16,301 nucleotides of DNA from Candidatus Bipolaricaulia bacterium (GCA_042219045.1 JBDGQO010000056.1:1-16301), one strand, 5' to 3'; shown: positions 7,516-15,573, counted from the stretch's first letter. Program-made: numbers and translations. Notes: a model not told the origin generated them from the sequence alone.

Positions 7516-7564
7516 CGTCTATCACCTCATATCAGCAATCCGCTCACAACGGGCCATCTTGTGG

Positions 7565-7594
7565 ATTCTAGCGTTCTCTATGAGACCGCTTCAA
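7565..7594 (-). promoter_or_regulatory. Candidate sigma70 promoter for the VWA-PKD gene
   Basis: Minus strand reads TTGAAG (7594-7589, overlapping the lipB stop)-N18-TAGAAT (7570-7565). Confidence 0.55.
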
Positions 7595-8298
7595 TCGCGA
7601 CTGACCACTCGATGCTGGACAGCCGACACGTCGAGGCCCCCCATCTTGCGTGCCTGCAATTGGAGGCCGAAGCGAGCTTCTAGATGCGCCCGAATGGCCG
7701 GCTTGACCTCCTCGAGCGAGACGGAGCGATCCAGTTCACACGCCATGGAGGTCATGACCTCGGGATTGAACCCGCAGGGTGAGATGATGCGAAAGTCGTC
7801 CAGGTTCGTGGCGACGTTGAGCGCGAAGCCGTGATAGGTCACCCAGCGTCGCACGGCGATCCCGATGGAGGCGAGCTTGCGGCTCGGCGCCCCGGCCGTC
7901 CAGACGCCCGTGGCGCCCTCGGAGCGCTGCGTGGGGATCCCGAAGTCGGCGAGCGCGTCCATGAGCGTCGCCTCGAGGTCGCGCAGATAGCGGTGCAAAT
8001 CTCGACGCTCACCCGCCAGCTTCAGGATGGGGTAGCCGACGAGCTGGCCGGGCCCGTGATACGTCGCCTGGCCGCCGCGCTCGATCTCGTAGACGGGCAC
8101 ATCCCAATCGGGCGCCAGCGCCGTAAACGCGTCGGGTTGGCGATGGCGCCCGAGCGTCACCACGGGCGGGTGTTCGACGAGCACGAGCGCATCCGGGACC
8201 CGCTCCCGGATGCGCTCGGCCACGAGTCCCTTCTGAAAATCCCAGACCTCGGCATAATCCTGGCGGCCGAGATCGATCAGCCAGGCGGCCCGGGTCAC
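7591..8298 (-). CDS. lipB: Lipoyl(octanoyl) transferase LipB, 235 aa
   Basis: VEHPPVVTLG, ERGGQATYHGPGQLVGYPI, KLASIG, HGFALNV and PCG. Lies directly after a lipoyl-domain E2 gene. Confidence 0.95.
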   Translation of the reverse strand: MTRAAWLIDLGRQDYAEVWDFQKGLVAERIRERVPDALVLVEHPPVVTLGRHRQPDAFTALAPDWDVPVYEIERGGQATYHGPGQLVGYPILKLAGERRDLHRYLRDLEATLMDALADFGIPTQRSEGATGVWTAGAPSRKLASIGIAVRRWVTYHGFALNVATNLDDFRIISPCGFNPEVMTSMACELDRSVSLEEVKPAIRAHLEARFGLQLQARKMGGLDVSAVQHRVVSRD

Positions 8299-8302
8299 CC
8301 CA

Positions 8303-9670
8303 TCAAGCGCCCACCATGAGCCACTTCGGATTCTCCAAGAACGCCTTGACGTCCTTGGCGAACGCCGCGCCGACGTGGCCGTCGACCAACCGATGGTCGA
8401 ACGACAGCGCCAGCATCATCTGCTGGCGGATGACGATCTCGTCGTCGACGACAGCCGGCTTCTTCTTGATCTCGTGCACGCCGAGGATCGCCGACTCGGG
8501 CGTGTTGACCACGGGCGTGGAGAGCATCCCGCCCTGGGCCCCTAGGCTGGTGATGGTGAACGTGCCGCCCTGGAGGTCCTCGGGGTTGACCTTGCCTTCG
8601 CGGGCCAGGCCGGCGAGCCGCTCGATCTCCGCGGCGATCTCCAGCATGCTCATCATGTCGGCGTTCTTGACCACGGGGACCATCAGTCCCTGCTGGGTCG
8701 CGGCGGCGACGCCGATGTTGTAGTAGTGCTTGAAGACGATCTCCTCGTTCTCGTGATCGAGCGAGGCGTTGACATACGGGTGCTTCTTGAGCGCCGCCAC
8801 ACAGGCCTTGACGATAAAGGGCAGATACGTCAGCTTGATGCCCTGCTCCTTGGCGGTCTCCTTGAGGCTCTCCCGCACGCTGACCAGCTCCGTGACGTCG
8901 AGCTCGTCGACGTAGGTGAAGTGCGCGGCCGTGTCCTTGGCCTCGCGCATGTGATCCGAGATACGCCGACGCATGCCGCGCAGCGGCACGCGATCCTCCT
9001 GCTGCTCGCCGCGCACCCGCGGACGCTCCGGGGCCGAGGGCATCGTGGAGACGGGCTCCTGAGCGCGGTCGGGTTCGGGGGCGGCAGCAGCCGGGGCGGC
9101 TTCGGGCGCACCTTCCGCTTCAGCCGGGGCTTCGGCCGAGGCTCCACTCTCGGCCAACGCCCGGACGTCGTCGTCGGTGACGCGCCCGGCCGGGCCAGAG
9201 CCCGGAACCTGGGAAATGTCGACGCCTAGCTCGCGAGCCAGCTTGCGCGTGGCGGGCGTCGCCAGGACGCGGCCTTGGGATGCCGCGGGCTGTTGGCCGT
9301 CGCCCGAGGCTGCTGGGGCGGCCGTCTCGGCCGCAGCGGTCGCGCCGGAGGCTGCCTCTTGGTCGGCGCTCGCTTCGGCCGTTTCGGCGGATTCGGCAGC
9401 GGCGGCAGCACCCTCGGCGGGCACCTCCTCGCCCTCGTCGCCGATCACGAGGATGACCGAGCCGACCTCGACGATGTCGCCCTCCTCGGCGTAGCGCTTC
9501 AACAGCACGCCCGAGCGGGGCGCCGGAATCTCCACGGTCGCCTTGTCGGTCATCACCTCGACGATTGACTGATCTTCCTCGATCTCGCCGCCTTCCTCTA
9601 CGAGCCACTGGACGATCTCGCCCTCGTGGACCCCCTCACCGACGTCGGGCAGCTTGAATTCCAATGCCAT
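8303..9670 (-). CDS. Dihydrolipoamide acyltransferase (E2) of a 2-oxoacid dehydrogenase complex (PdhC/BkdB-like), 455 aa
   Basis: One lipoyl domain (EVMTDKATVE), E3-binding domain (ATPATRKLARELGVD...GSGPAGRVT) and catalytic SFDHRLVDG. GAGGAG SD at 9688-9683. Confidence 0.95.
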   Translation of the reverse strand: MALEFKLPDVGEGVHEGEIVQWLVEEGGEIEEDQSIVEVMTDKATVEIPAPRSGVLLKRYAEEGDIVEVGSVILVIGDEGEEVPAEGAAAAAESAETAEASADQEAASGATAAAETAAPAASGDGQQPAASQGRVLATPATRKLARELGVDISQVPGSGPAGRVTDDDVRALAESGASAEAPAEAEGAPEAAPAAAAPEPDRAQEPVSTMPSAPERPRVRGEQQEDRVPLRGMRRRISDHMREAKDTAAHFTYVDELDVTELVSVRESLKETAKEQGIKLTYLPFIVKACVAALKKHPYVNASLDHENEEIVFKHYYNIGVAAATQQGLMVPVVKNADMMSMLEIAAEIERLAGLAREGKVNPEDLQGGTFTITSLGAQGGMLSTPVVNTPESAILGVHEIKKKPAVVDDEIVIRQQMMLALSFDHRLVDGHVGAAFAKDVKAFLENPKWLMVGA

Positions 9671-9710
9671 CTCGGGCCATCACTCCTCGGAAAATTTCCA
9701 AACAGCGGCC

Positions 9711-9739
9711 ATGGTAGCGAACGGGTCAGGGGACGCCAA
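9711..9739 (-). promoter_or_regulatory. Candidate sigma70 promoter for E2-lipB
   Basis: Minus strand reads TTGGCG (9739-9734)-N17-TACCAT (9716-9711). Confidence 0.45.
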
Positions 9740-9778
9740 GTCGGCATCGCGCCCCCGCCCCGTTGCCGAGCGCGGACG

Positions 9779-11332
9779 TCAGCCTTCGATCAGCCTGCGT
9801 CGGCTGATCGAGCTCAAGTAGTCGATAATCATGACCGAGACGAGGACGACGAACATGTAGACCCCGACCTCGTTCCAGCGCCCTTGGCGCACCGCGTCCA
9901 TGATGACCTGCCCGATGCCACCGGCTCCGACGACGCCGAGCACGGTCGCCGCGCGGACGTTGATCTCGAAGCGATAGATGGCGATGGCCAGGAACTCGGG
10001 AATCACTTGCGGCAACACGGCATATCTGAAGCGAAGGACGCCGGCGCTGCCCAGCGCGCCCAGAGCTTCAAGCGGGCCCCGATCGATCGTCTCCACGATC
10101 TCGTAGTTGAGACGCGAGATCATGCCGATGGAGTGAATCCCGAGCGCCAGGACACCGGCCATCGGCCCGGGCCCGAACGCGGCAATGAGGAAGATCGCCA
10201 GAATGATTTCGGGGAACGTGCGGATCGCGTTCGGGGCCTGACGAATCGTGTAGGCGCCCAGCGACGGAATGCCCAAGTTGCGTGCGCAGAGAAAGCCGAA
10301 CGGAAACGCCAAGAGCGCGGCGACGGTGGTGCCCAGCAGCGCGATCTCGATCGATTCCGCCATCTTGGCGATTGCCGTCGGCAAGTGCTGCCACGCCGGT
10401 TGGACCATGGAGGTGAGCATGCTGCCGAAGTAGACCAGCCCTTCGGAGACGCGTTGCAGATCGATGTCGATGCTCAGCACGGCCCAGATCATCAGAGCCA
10501 CCGCCGTGGCGCCGAGGCCGCCTTTCATCGCCGTGGTCAGGTCACGGCCTTCGACGAACGCCTGCCGGAAACGACTGCTGATCAGGTCGATCAGGAAGAC
10601 GAACCCGAAGATGACGATCAGAATCGTCATGGCCGCCGGGTAGTCGAACCAGTCGAGGGCGGTAATGAGGTTCTGGCCGATGCCGCCCGCACCGACGTAA
10701 GCCAAGATCGTGGCCGCGCGGACGTTGATCTCGAACATGTAGAGCGAATAGCTCAAAAACATCGGCAGAACTTGAGGCAACACGGCGAACGTCACGACCG
10801 CCGGGCGTCGCGCTCCCGTGGCCTCCAGGGCCTCGACGGGGCCGCGATCGATGTTGTCGGCGCTCTCGCTGGTCAGCTTGGCGATGATGCCGATGGAAAA
10901 CAGCGTCAGTGCTGGCACTCCTGCCACGGGCCCGATGCCGAGAGCGGCAACAAAGAGCGCCGCGTACAGCAGATCGGGAATGGAGCGGAGGACGCCGATG
11001 ACCGCGCGGGCGGGATAGTAGAGCCACCACGCACGGGTGACCGACCGCGTGGAAAGCATCATCATCGGCAGCGCAACCGCCGCGCCCAGCGTCGTTCCCA
11101 GAACGGCGATGCGGATCGTCTCCAACAGCGGCTTCCAGATCTGGGGCAGAATGTCCCAGCGGGGCGGCCACATTCGCCCCATGAGATCGAAAAAGCGGGG
11201 ACTCTTCTGGATCAGCTCGGCCAAGCTGAACTCGAGCTGCTGGATGGAGACGGCATACGTCGCTCCGAGGGCGACCAGCAGTGCAGCCCACGTCAATCGG
11301 CGCTTGAGGGTCTGCATCGACGTGGCCATCAT
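9779..11332 (-). CDS. phnE: Phosphonate/phosphate ABC transporter permease with two fused PhnE domains, 517 aa
   Basis: Two copies of the PhnE core: ET/ESIxIAxLGT, R-S/T-xP, IDRGPxEAL and FEINVRAAT...VGAGGIGQ. Start is ATG 11332 or 11329. Confidence 0.92.
   Translation of the reverse strand: MMATSMQTLKRRLTWAALLVALGATYAVSIQQLEFSLAELIQKSPRFFDLMGRMWPPRWDILPQIWKPLLETIRIAVLGTTLGAAVALPMMMLSTRSVTRAWWLYYPARAVIGVLRSIPDLLYAALFVAALGIGPVAGVPALTLFSIGIIAKLTSESADNIDRGPVEALEATGARRPAVVTFAVLPQVLPMFLSYSLYMFEINVRAATILAYVGAGGIGQNLITALDWFDYPAAMTILIVIFGFVFLIDLISSRFRQAFVEGRDLTTAMKGGLGATAVALMIWAVLSIDIDLQRVSEGLVYFGSMLTSMVQPAWQHLPTAIAKMAESIEIALLGTTVAALLAFPFGFLCARNLGIPSLGAYTIRQAPNAIRTFPEIILAIFLIAAFGPGPMAGVLALGIHSIGMISRLNYEIVETIDRGPLEALGALGSAGVLRFRYAVLPQVIPEFLAIAIYRFEINVRAATVLGVVGAGGIGQVIMDAVRQGRWNEVGVYMFVVLVSVMIIDYLSSISRRRLIEG
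9948..10735. repeat. Exact 23-nt direct repeat between the two PhnE halves
   Basis: gccgcgcggacgttgatctcgaa at 9948-9970 and 10713-10735, 765 nt (255 codons) apart; encodes FEINVRAA. Confidence 0.9.
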
Positions 11333-11344
11333 GGTCGGTTTTCC

Positions 11345-12160
11345 CTAGACGGTCTGTCGGCGCTGCGAAACTTGACGGTGCTCGTGAGCGGATAGCGGCG
11401 CGCCGTAGATCGCCTCTTCAAACGTCGCCTCATCCAGCTTGTCGACGGGCTCGTCGAAGATGACTTGGGCGTCGCGGACGCCGACGATGCGGTCGCCGAA
11501 CGCCTGCGCCAAGAGGGTATCGTGAAGGTTGCAGATCGTCGTGATGCCGGACTCGACGTTGATCCGCTTCAAGTGCTCCATGACGACACGGGCCGTGATC
11601 GGGTCGAGCGACGCGACGGGCTCGTCGGCCAAGATCAACCGGGGTTCCTGAGCGAGAGCGCGGGCAATGCCGACCCGTTGCATCTGACCGCCGGAGAGCT
11701 TATCGGCGCGCTGGTGGGCCTTGTCCTTAATTCCCACCCGATCGAGCGAGGCGAGGGCAACCTCCACGTCAACCCGGCGGAAACGCCCCAAAAGCGCCTT
11801 CCAGGTGCCCACCTTGGGGATGCGTCCGGCCAACACGTTGCGCATCACGCTGGAGCGTTTCACCAGGTTGAACTCCTGGAAAATCATTCCCATCTCGGCG
11901 CGCAACCGCCTCGTGCGACGCGAGGACAGTCGCAGAACGTCCTGATCGTCAAAGCGGACTTGGCCCTCGAGCTCCGCGCCGGTGAACTCGACCAAACGGT
12001 TGATGCAGCGCAGCAGCGTCGACTTGCCCGCGCCGCTGACGCCAGCAATGACGATGAACTCGCCCTCGCGGACGCTCAAGCTGACGTCCTCCAGGGCCCG
12101 AACCCCGCTCGGATAGGTCACCGAAAGGTTTTCAATCCGCAGTAGGTCTTGTCCGCTCAT
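11345..12160 (-). CDS. phnC: Phosphonate ABC transporter ATP-binding protein PhnC, 271 aa
   Basis: Walker A GVSGAGKST, GMIFQEFNLV, signature LSGGQMQRVGIARAL, Walker B ILADEPVASLDP and CNLH. Confidence 0.93.
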   Translation of the reverse strand: MSGQDLLRIENLSVTYPSGVRALEDVSLSVREGEFIVIAGVSGAGKSTLLRCINRLVEFTGAELEGQVRFDDQDVLRLSSRRTRRLRAEMGMIFQEFNLVKRSSVMRNVLAGRIPKVGTWKALLGRFRRVDVEVALASLDRVGIKDKAHQRADKLSGGQMQRVGIARALAQEPRLILADEPVASLDPITARVVMEHLKRINVESGITTICNLHDTLLAQAFGDRIVGVRDAQVIFDEPVDKLDEATFEEAIYGAPLSAHEHRQVSQRRQTV

Positions 12161-12168
12161 ATGAAGGC

Positions 12169-12204
12169 GCGGACGAGAAGACCCGTCCGGGTCTCCTCGT
12201 CCGC
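12169..12204 (-). other. Intercistronic 16-bp stem-loop between phnD and phnC
   Basis: mRNA reads GCGGACGAGGAGACCC-GGAC-GGGUCUUCUCGUCCGC. The single non-Watson-Crick position is a G-U pair on the minus (coding) strand only. No U-tract. Confidence 0.8.
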
Positions 12205-12256
12205 TGATAGCGTTCCGGTATCGTGGTCGATCGATGGGTCGCCTGTCAACTTGCGA

Positions 12257-13285
12257 TCAGAGGCAGCGGTCGCGGATCGGCTGGATCTCGCTCACGACCT
12301 GCCGCACGGCGTCGAAGTTGGACGGTTGGACCGCCTGCAGCTCGGTCGCGTCCAACAAGCTCTCCAACAGCGGACTGCCCTGCTCGCTGTTGGAGAGCGC
12401 GACCAGCTCTTCCTGAATGGCCGCGGTCAACTCGGAGCTGAGATTGTCCGCGGCGACCTGCGGGTCGTTCGGGATGTAGTCGGTGTAGCCGAGGAGCTTG
12501 ATCCGCGAGGTGAGCGTGTTGACCTGTTCCATCTTGGACATGTCGGACGGAAGCCCGGTGTCCTCCGTACGGCCCACCAGGTCGAGCCGAACGTCGTCGT
12601 AGCCCCAGCCGATGTCGGCGTCCCCGCGCAGCACCGACAGCGCGGATGACGTGTGACCGCCGGCGACGACCGTGTTGAAGTTGTCGTGGTTGCCCGGAAG
12701 GATGCCGGCATTCTTCAGCTTCAGGCAGGGGAAGAGGAAGCCGCTCGTCGAGCCGGTAGAGCTGTAGCTCATCGTCAAGTCTTTGCCGTCCTTGACGGCC
12801 TGAACCAGGTCGTCGAAGTTGCCGATGAACGGCCCCTTGTTCGGGTTGCCCATGCTCTGGTTGGCCATGAGCTGACCGCGGTAGAAGAGGTTGCCGAAGC
12901 GGACGCTCGAAGTCAGGATCTTGGCGCCCTCTTGCTGTTCGGCCTGGACGGCGCTGAACGGACCCATGAAGCCGACGTGGACCTCGCCCGTGCCGAGCGC
13001 AGCGACCGTGGCGGCCTCGCTCTCCGGCACGAACGCCCGGACGGACTGAATGTCAAACCCGCGCTCCTGGAGCCGCTTAAGCAGCAGATTGGCGAACGGT
13101 TCCAAGTCCGGAAGCAGCTCGGCAGGCTCGCGGGACGGAATCATGCCCACAACGAGCTCCTCCGGCACAGTGCCGTCATACTGAGCTTGAATCGCCACGG
13201 TCGGGCCGAAGGCCCCGAAGACCAACGCGGCGATGAGCGACAGGCAGACGAGAACGCGTCCACCGAATCGAAGGTTGAAGTTCAT
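12257..13285 (-). CDS. phnD: Phosphate/phosphite/phosphonate ABC substrate-binding protein PhnD, 342 aa
   Basis: SD AGGAGG (13300-13295). Signal peptide; GSTSGFLFP, GGHTSS and IPNDP motifs. Lies upstream of phnC and phnE. Confidence 0.92.
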   Translation of the reverse strand: MNFNLRFGGRVLVCLSLIAALVFGAFGPTVAIQAQYDGTVPEELVVGMIPSREPAELLPDLEPFANLLLKRLQERGFDIQSVRAFVPESEAATVAALGTGEVHVGFMGPFSAVQAEQQEGAKILTSSVRFGNLFYRGQLMANQSMGNPNKGPFIGNFDDLVQAVKDGKDLTMSYSSTGSTSGFLFPCLKLKNAGILPGNHDNFNTVVAGGHTSSALSVLRGDADIGWGYDDVRLDLVGRTEDTGLPSDMSKMEQVNTLTSRIKLLGYTDYIPNDPQVAADNLSSELTAAIQEELVALSNSEQGSPLLESLLDATELQAVQPSNFDAVRQVVSEIQPIRDRCL

Positions 13286-13319
13286 GGTGAAGTCCCTCCT
13301 ATAGAGCTATGTCATAAAC

Positions 13320-13349
13320 ACTATACTCAGACCGTTGATGACGAGACAA
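13320..13349 (-). promoter_or_regulatory. Candidate sigma70 promoter for phnDCE
   Basis: Minus strand reads TTGTCT (13349-13344)-N18-TATAGT (13325-13320). Confidence 0.55.
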
Positions 13350-13460
13350 TAGGGCGATGACTCCGGAGCGACTGATTTCGGGAACCCATCTTGCAAAAGG
13401 GAAACGGAAAAGGAAGGCTAGTTATTTGTTATATAGAATTCCAAATATTTTATAGGCTCG

Positions 13461-14096
13461 TTAGTCGAGACGTGAGGCTAGATGCCCAGCGATCTCGTTC
13501 CAGCCGTGGACGATGACAGCCGCCGGGTGACTTTGCTGGAGGTGCTCCACGGCGATGAGGTTGAGCTCGGCGGTCAGGATGGGGCGCATGCCGAACTCTC
13601 CATAGAGTCGACCCTCATACGGCAGATCGCCAATCCCGGCCCAGAGGGAATCGTGCGCGGCGAGTTCAGCCAAGACTTGGCGCTTATAGTCCTGGTCCCC
13701 GGCGCCTCGCCCAGGCTTCATCCGCAGCATGACGTGGTCATCGTCGGGCAGCGGAAAGCCATGCTCCTGGAGCCACCGTTCGGTGCCGATCCGCATCGAG
13801 TCCCCAGTGTCGTCGTGGCGCCCCGTCAGATAGACCAAACGATGGCCCCGATCCGTCCACGCTGACAGGACCTCGGCCGCGCGCGGCAACGGCTCGTCCA
13901 ACGCCATGAAGCGCTCAGAGAGGAAGACTTGAAACAGACGTCGATGTTCGTCCTTCGTCACGAACGGTTTGAAGCCGCCGTAGTCGGTGAACGCCGTCCG
14001 AGCGAGCTCCGGGCGACCGATCGCTTCCAGCGAACAGGCCAGGCGAGGACGGGCATCGGCGATGGTGTTGTCGATGTCGCAGACGAGCGTCCTCAT
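13461..14096 (-). CDS. HAD-superfamily hydrolase (phosphatase/nucleotidase-like), 211 aa
   Basis: Motif I CDIDNTIAD (DxDxT), motif II YLTGR, motif III K (DYK) and motif IV GIGD. ATGA overlap with the upstream HD gene. Confidence 0.85.
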   Translation of the reverse strand: MRTLVCDIDNTIADARPRLACSLEAIGRPELARTAFTDYGGFKPFVTKDEHRRLFQVFLSERFMALDEPLPRAAEVLSAWTDRGHRLVYLTGRHDDTGDSMRIGTERWLQEHGFPLPDDDHVMLRMKPGRGAGDQDYKRQVLAELAAHDSLWAGIGDLPYEGRLYGEFGMRPILTAELNLIAVEHLQQSHPAAVIVHGWNEIAGHLASRLD

Positions 14097-15391
14097 CCCA
14101 ACAGCGCCTCAACCTCGGGGCGGAGCTCGGCCGGCAGACAGAGCCGATCGTGGGTGGTTACCCGATTGGTGACCGCGTGGATGAGCTCGGAGTGCTCGCT
14201 CAGCTCGCCCAACCGCATGCGTCGATCCACAAGATAGATGTTCTCGCTGACTTCGTCGCGATCAGCTCGGAAAAGGCCGTCGCTGTACGGGTCGCTGACG
14301 GCCCGATCCAGGACGAGATAGTAGCGCGGGTCGAAGCCTGTCGCCTGGGCCACGTCGGCGATGTCGGCGCGCTGCATTTCGTAGCGACCGGGCTCGATCG
14401 GAATCGTTTTGAAAATCCGTCGCCGCAGAAAGCGCGTGGCGAGATCGGCGAGCACGGGGTCGGCCGCATGGGCCCATTGGCGCACGGCGTAGATGAGCGA
14501 AACGTCGTCCAGCTGGACGAACTCCCCGGCGGTCAGCGATCCGACATCGCGCAGCATCTTCTGCAGAGGACCCGTGGCAACCAGGTCGTCGCCATCCTGG
14601 AGCAGATCGGCCGCGCGCTGCAGCAGGCGAATGAGCATGGCGGACGCGGCGCGGCCCGTCTTGTGGTGATAGACCTGCTGGTACATGTAGTAACGGGCGA
14701 GGACGTAGCTTTCCACGGCCCGGACGCCCTTGTCCTGGTCGACGGCGATCTCCCAATCGTCAGCCCGGGGCACGATCCGCAGGCTGTGCAGGAGCCATTC
14801 CAGGTCGAACCGCCCGTAACCGACGCCCGTGTGGACGCTGTCGCGCAGGAGATAGTCCATGCGGTCGACGTCCAGTTGGCTGGAGATCAGCTTGACCGCA
14901 AACGACGGCTTGAACGTCCGCTCCACGATCTGGGCGATCCACTCGGGGTAGTCGGGATGGGCCCTCCCCAGGACCTGATGGACCTCGCTGCTCGGATCGC
15001 GCAACAGGCGGACGGTCCAGCGTTCGTGGTGCTCGCCGGCAAAGTTTTCCAACAGGTGCGAAAACGGATAGTGGCCGATGTCGTGGCAGAGGCTCGCCGC
15101 GAGCATCAGCTCTCGATGCGCGCGCAACGCCGCCACGAGCTCCCGATACGACGGGTCGGCCTCCAGCATGGTCATACGCTCGATGACCCGTTTCATCAGG
15201 TACGTCGCGCCCAACGAGTGGGAGAAGCGGTTGTGGTCGGCCCCGGGGTAGACGACGTAGCCGGTCCCCATGAGCTTGATGTTGCGCAATCGTTGCACTT
15301 CGCGCGTCTCGATGAGCTCCAGCACGAGCCGGTCTTGATCTTGATCGAAGCCGAGCAGGTTGTGGACGGGATCGCGGAAGACTTTGTCCAT
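14093..15391 (-). CDS. HD-domain phosphohydrolase of the SAMHD1/dNTP triphosphohydrolase-like family, 432 aa
   Basis: MDKVFRDPVH start. QRLRNIK, HNRFSHSLG, HDIGHYPFSH, DVDRMDYLLRD and ARYYMYQQVYHH. Confidence 0.92.
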   Translation of the reverse strand: MDKVFRDPVHNLLGFDQDQDRLVLELIETREVQRLRNIKLMGTGYVVYPGADHNRFSHSLGATYLMKRVIERMTMLEADPSYRELVAALRAHRELMLAASLCHDIGHYPFSHLLENFAGEHHERWTVRLLRDPSSEVHQVLGRAHPDYPEWIAQIVERTFKPSFAVKLISSQLDVDRMDYLLRDSVHTGVGYGRFDLEWLLHSLRIVPRADDWEIAVDQDKGVRAVESYVLARYYMYQQVYHHKTGRAASAMLIRLLQRAADLLQDGDDLVATGPLQKMLRDVGSLTAGEFVQLDDVSLIYAVRQWAHAADPVLADLATRFLRRRIFKTIPIEPGRYEMQRADIADVAQATGFDPRYYLVLDRAVSDPYSDGLFRADRDEVSENIYLVDRRMRLGELSEHSELIHAVTNRVTTHDRLCLPAELRPEVEALLG

Positions 15392-15401
15392 GGCGGGTTC
15401 A

Positions 15402-15430
15402 AGCCTACACGGGACCGCCGACGTTGTCGA
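15402..15430 (-). promoter_or_regulatory. Candidate sigma70 promoter for the HD-HAD pair (near-leaderless)
   Basis: Minus strand reads TCGACA (15430-15425)-N17-TAGGCT (15407-15402), only 10 nt before ATG 15391; no SD. Confidence 0.5.
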
Positions 15431-15496
15431 CAGGGACGCGATCACGCCCACACGAGCGACCATGGCCAATGTTGGCAACCCACGGACGCAATCGAC

Positions 15497-15526
15497 TTGA
15501 TGGCGCCCTCGTCCATCGAGTACGCT
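15497..15526 (+). promoter_or_regulatory. Candidate sigma70 promoter for icd
   Basis: TTGATG (15497-15502)-N18-TACGCT (15521-15526); SD GAGGAGGAG at 15556-15564. Confidence 0.35.
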
Positions 15527-15573
15527 TGCAGACGTGATTGTCCGCTTATGCCCATGAGGAGGAGACGGTTCGC

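Noticed and set aside
9741..9769. 9-bp imperfect hairpin after phnE as an intrinsic terminator
   Set aside because: One mismatch, an 11-nt loop and no U-tract; not supportable as a Rho-independent terminator.
9626..11395. 589-aa plus-strand ORF
   Set aside because: Antisense shadow of phnE in GC-rich DNA; no recognisable motifs.
13309..13326. Pho-box-like ATGTCATAAAC upstream of phnD
   Set aside because: Only one half-site, no second repeat at 11-nt spacing, and in the opposite orientation to phnD.
14093..15391. HD dNTPase as an anti-phage nucleotide-depletion system
   Set aside because: Sequence resembles the widespread housekeeping HD family and the context is core metabolism (icd), with no defence or mobile genes nearby.
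15392..15478. 29-aa N-terminal extension of the HD protein
   Set aside because: The family normally starts just before RDPVH, and a promoter candidate lies within the extension.
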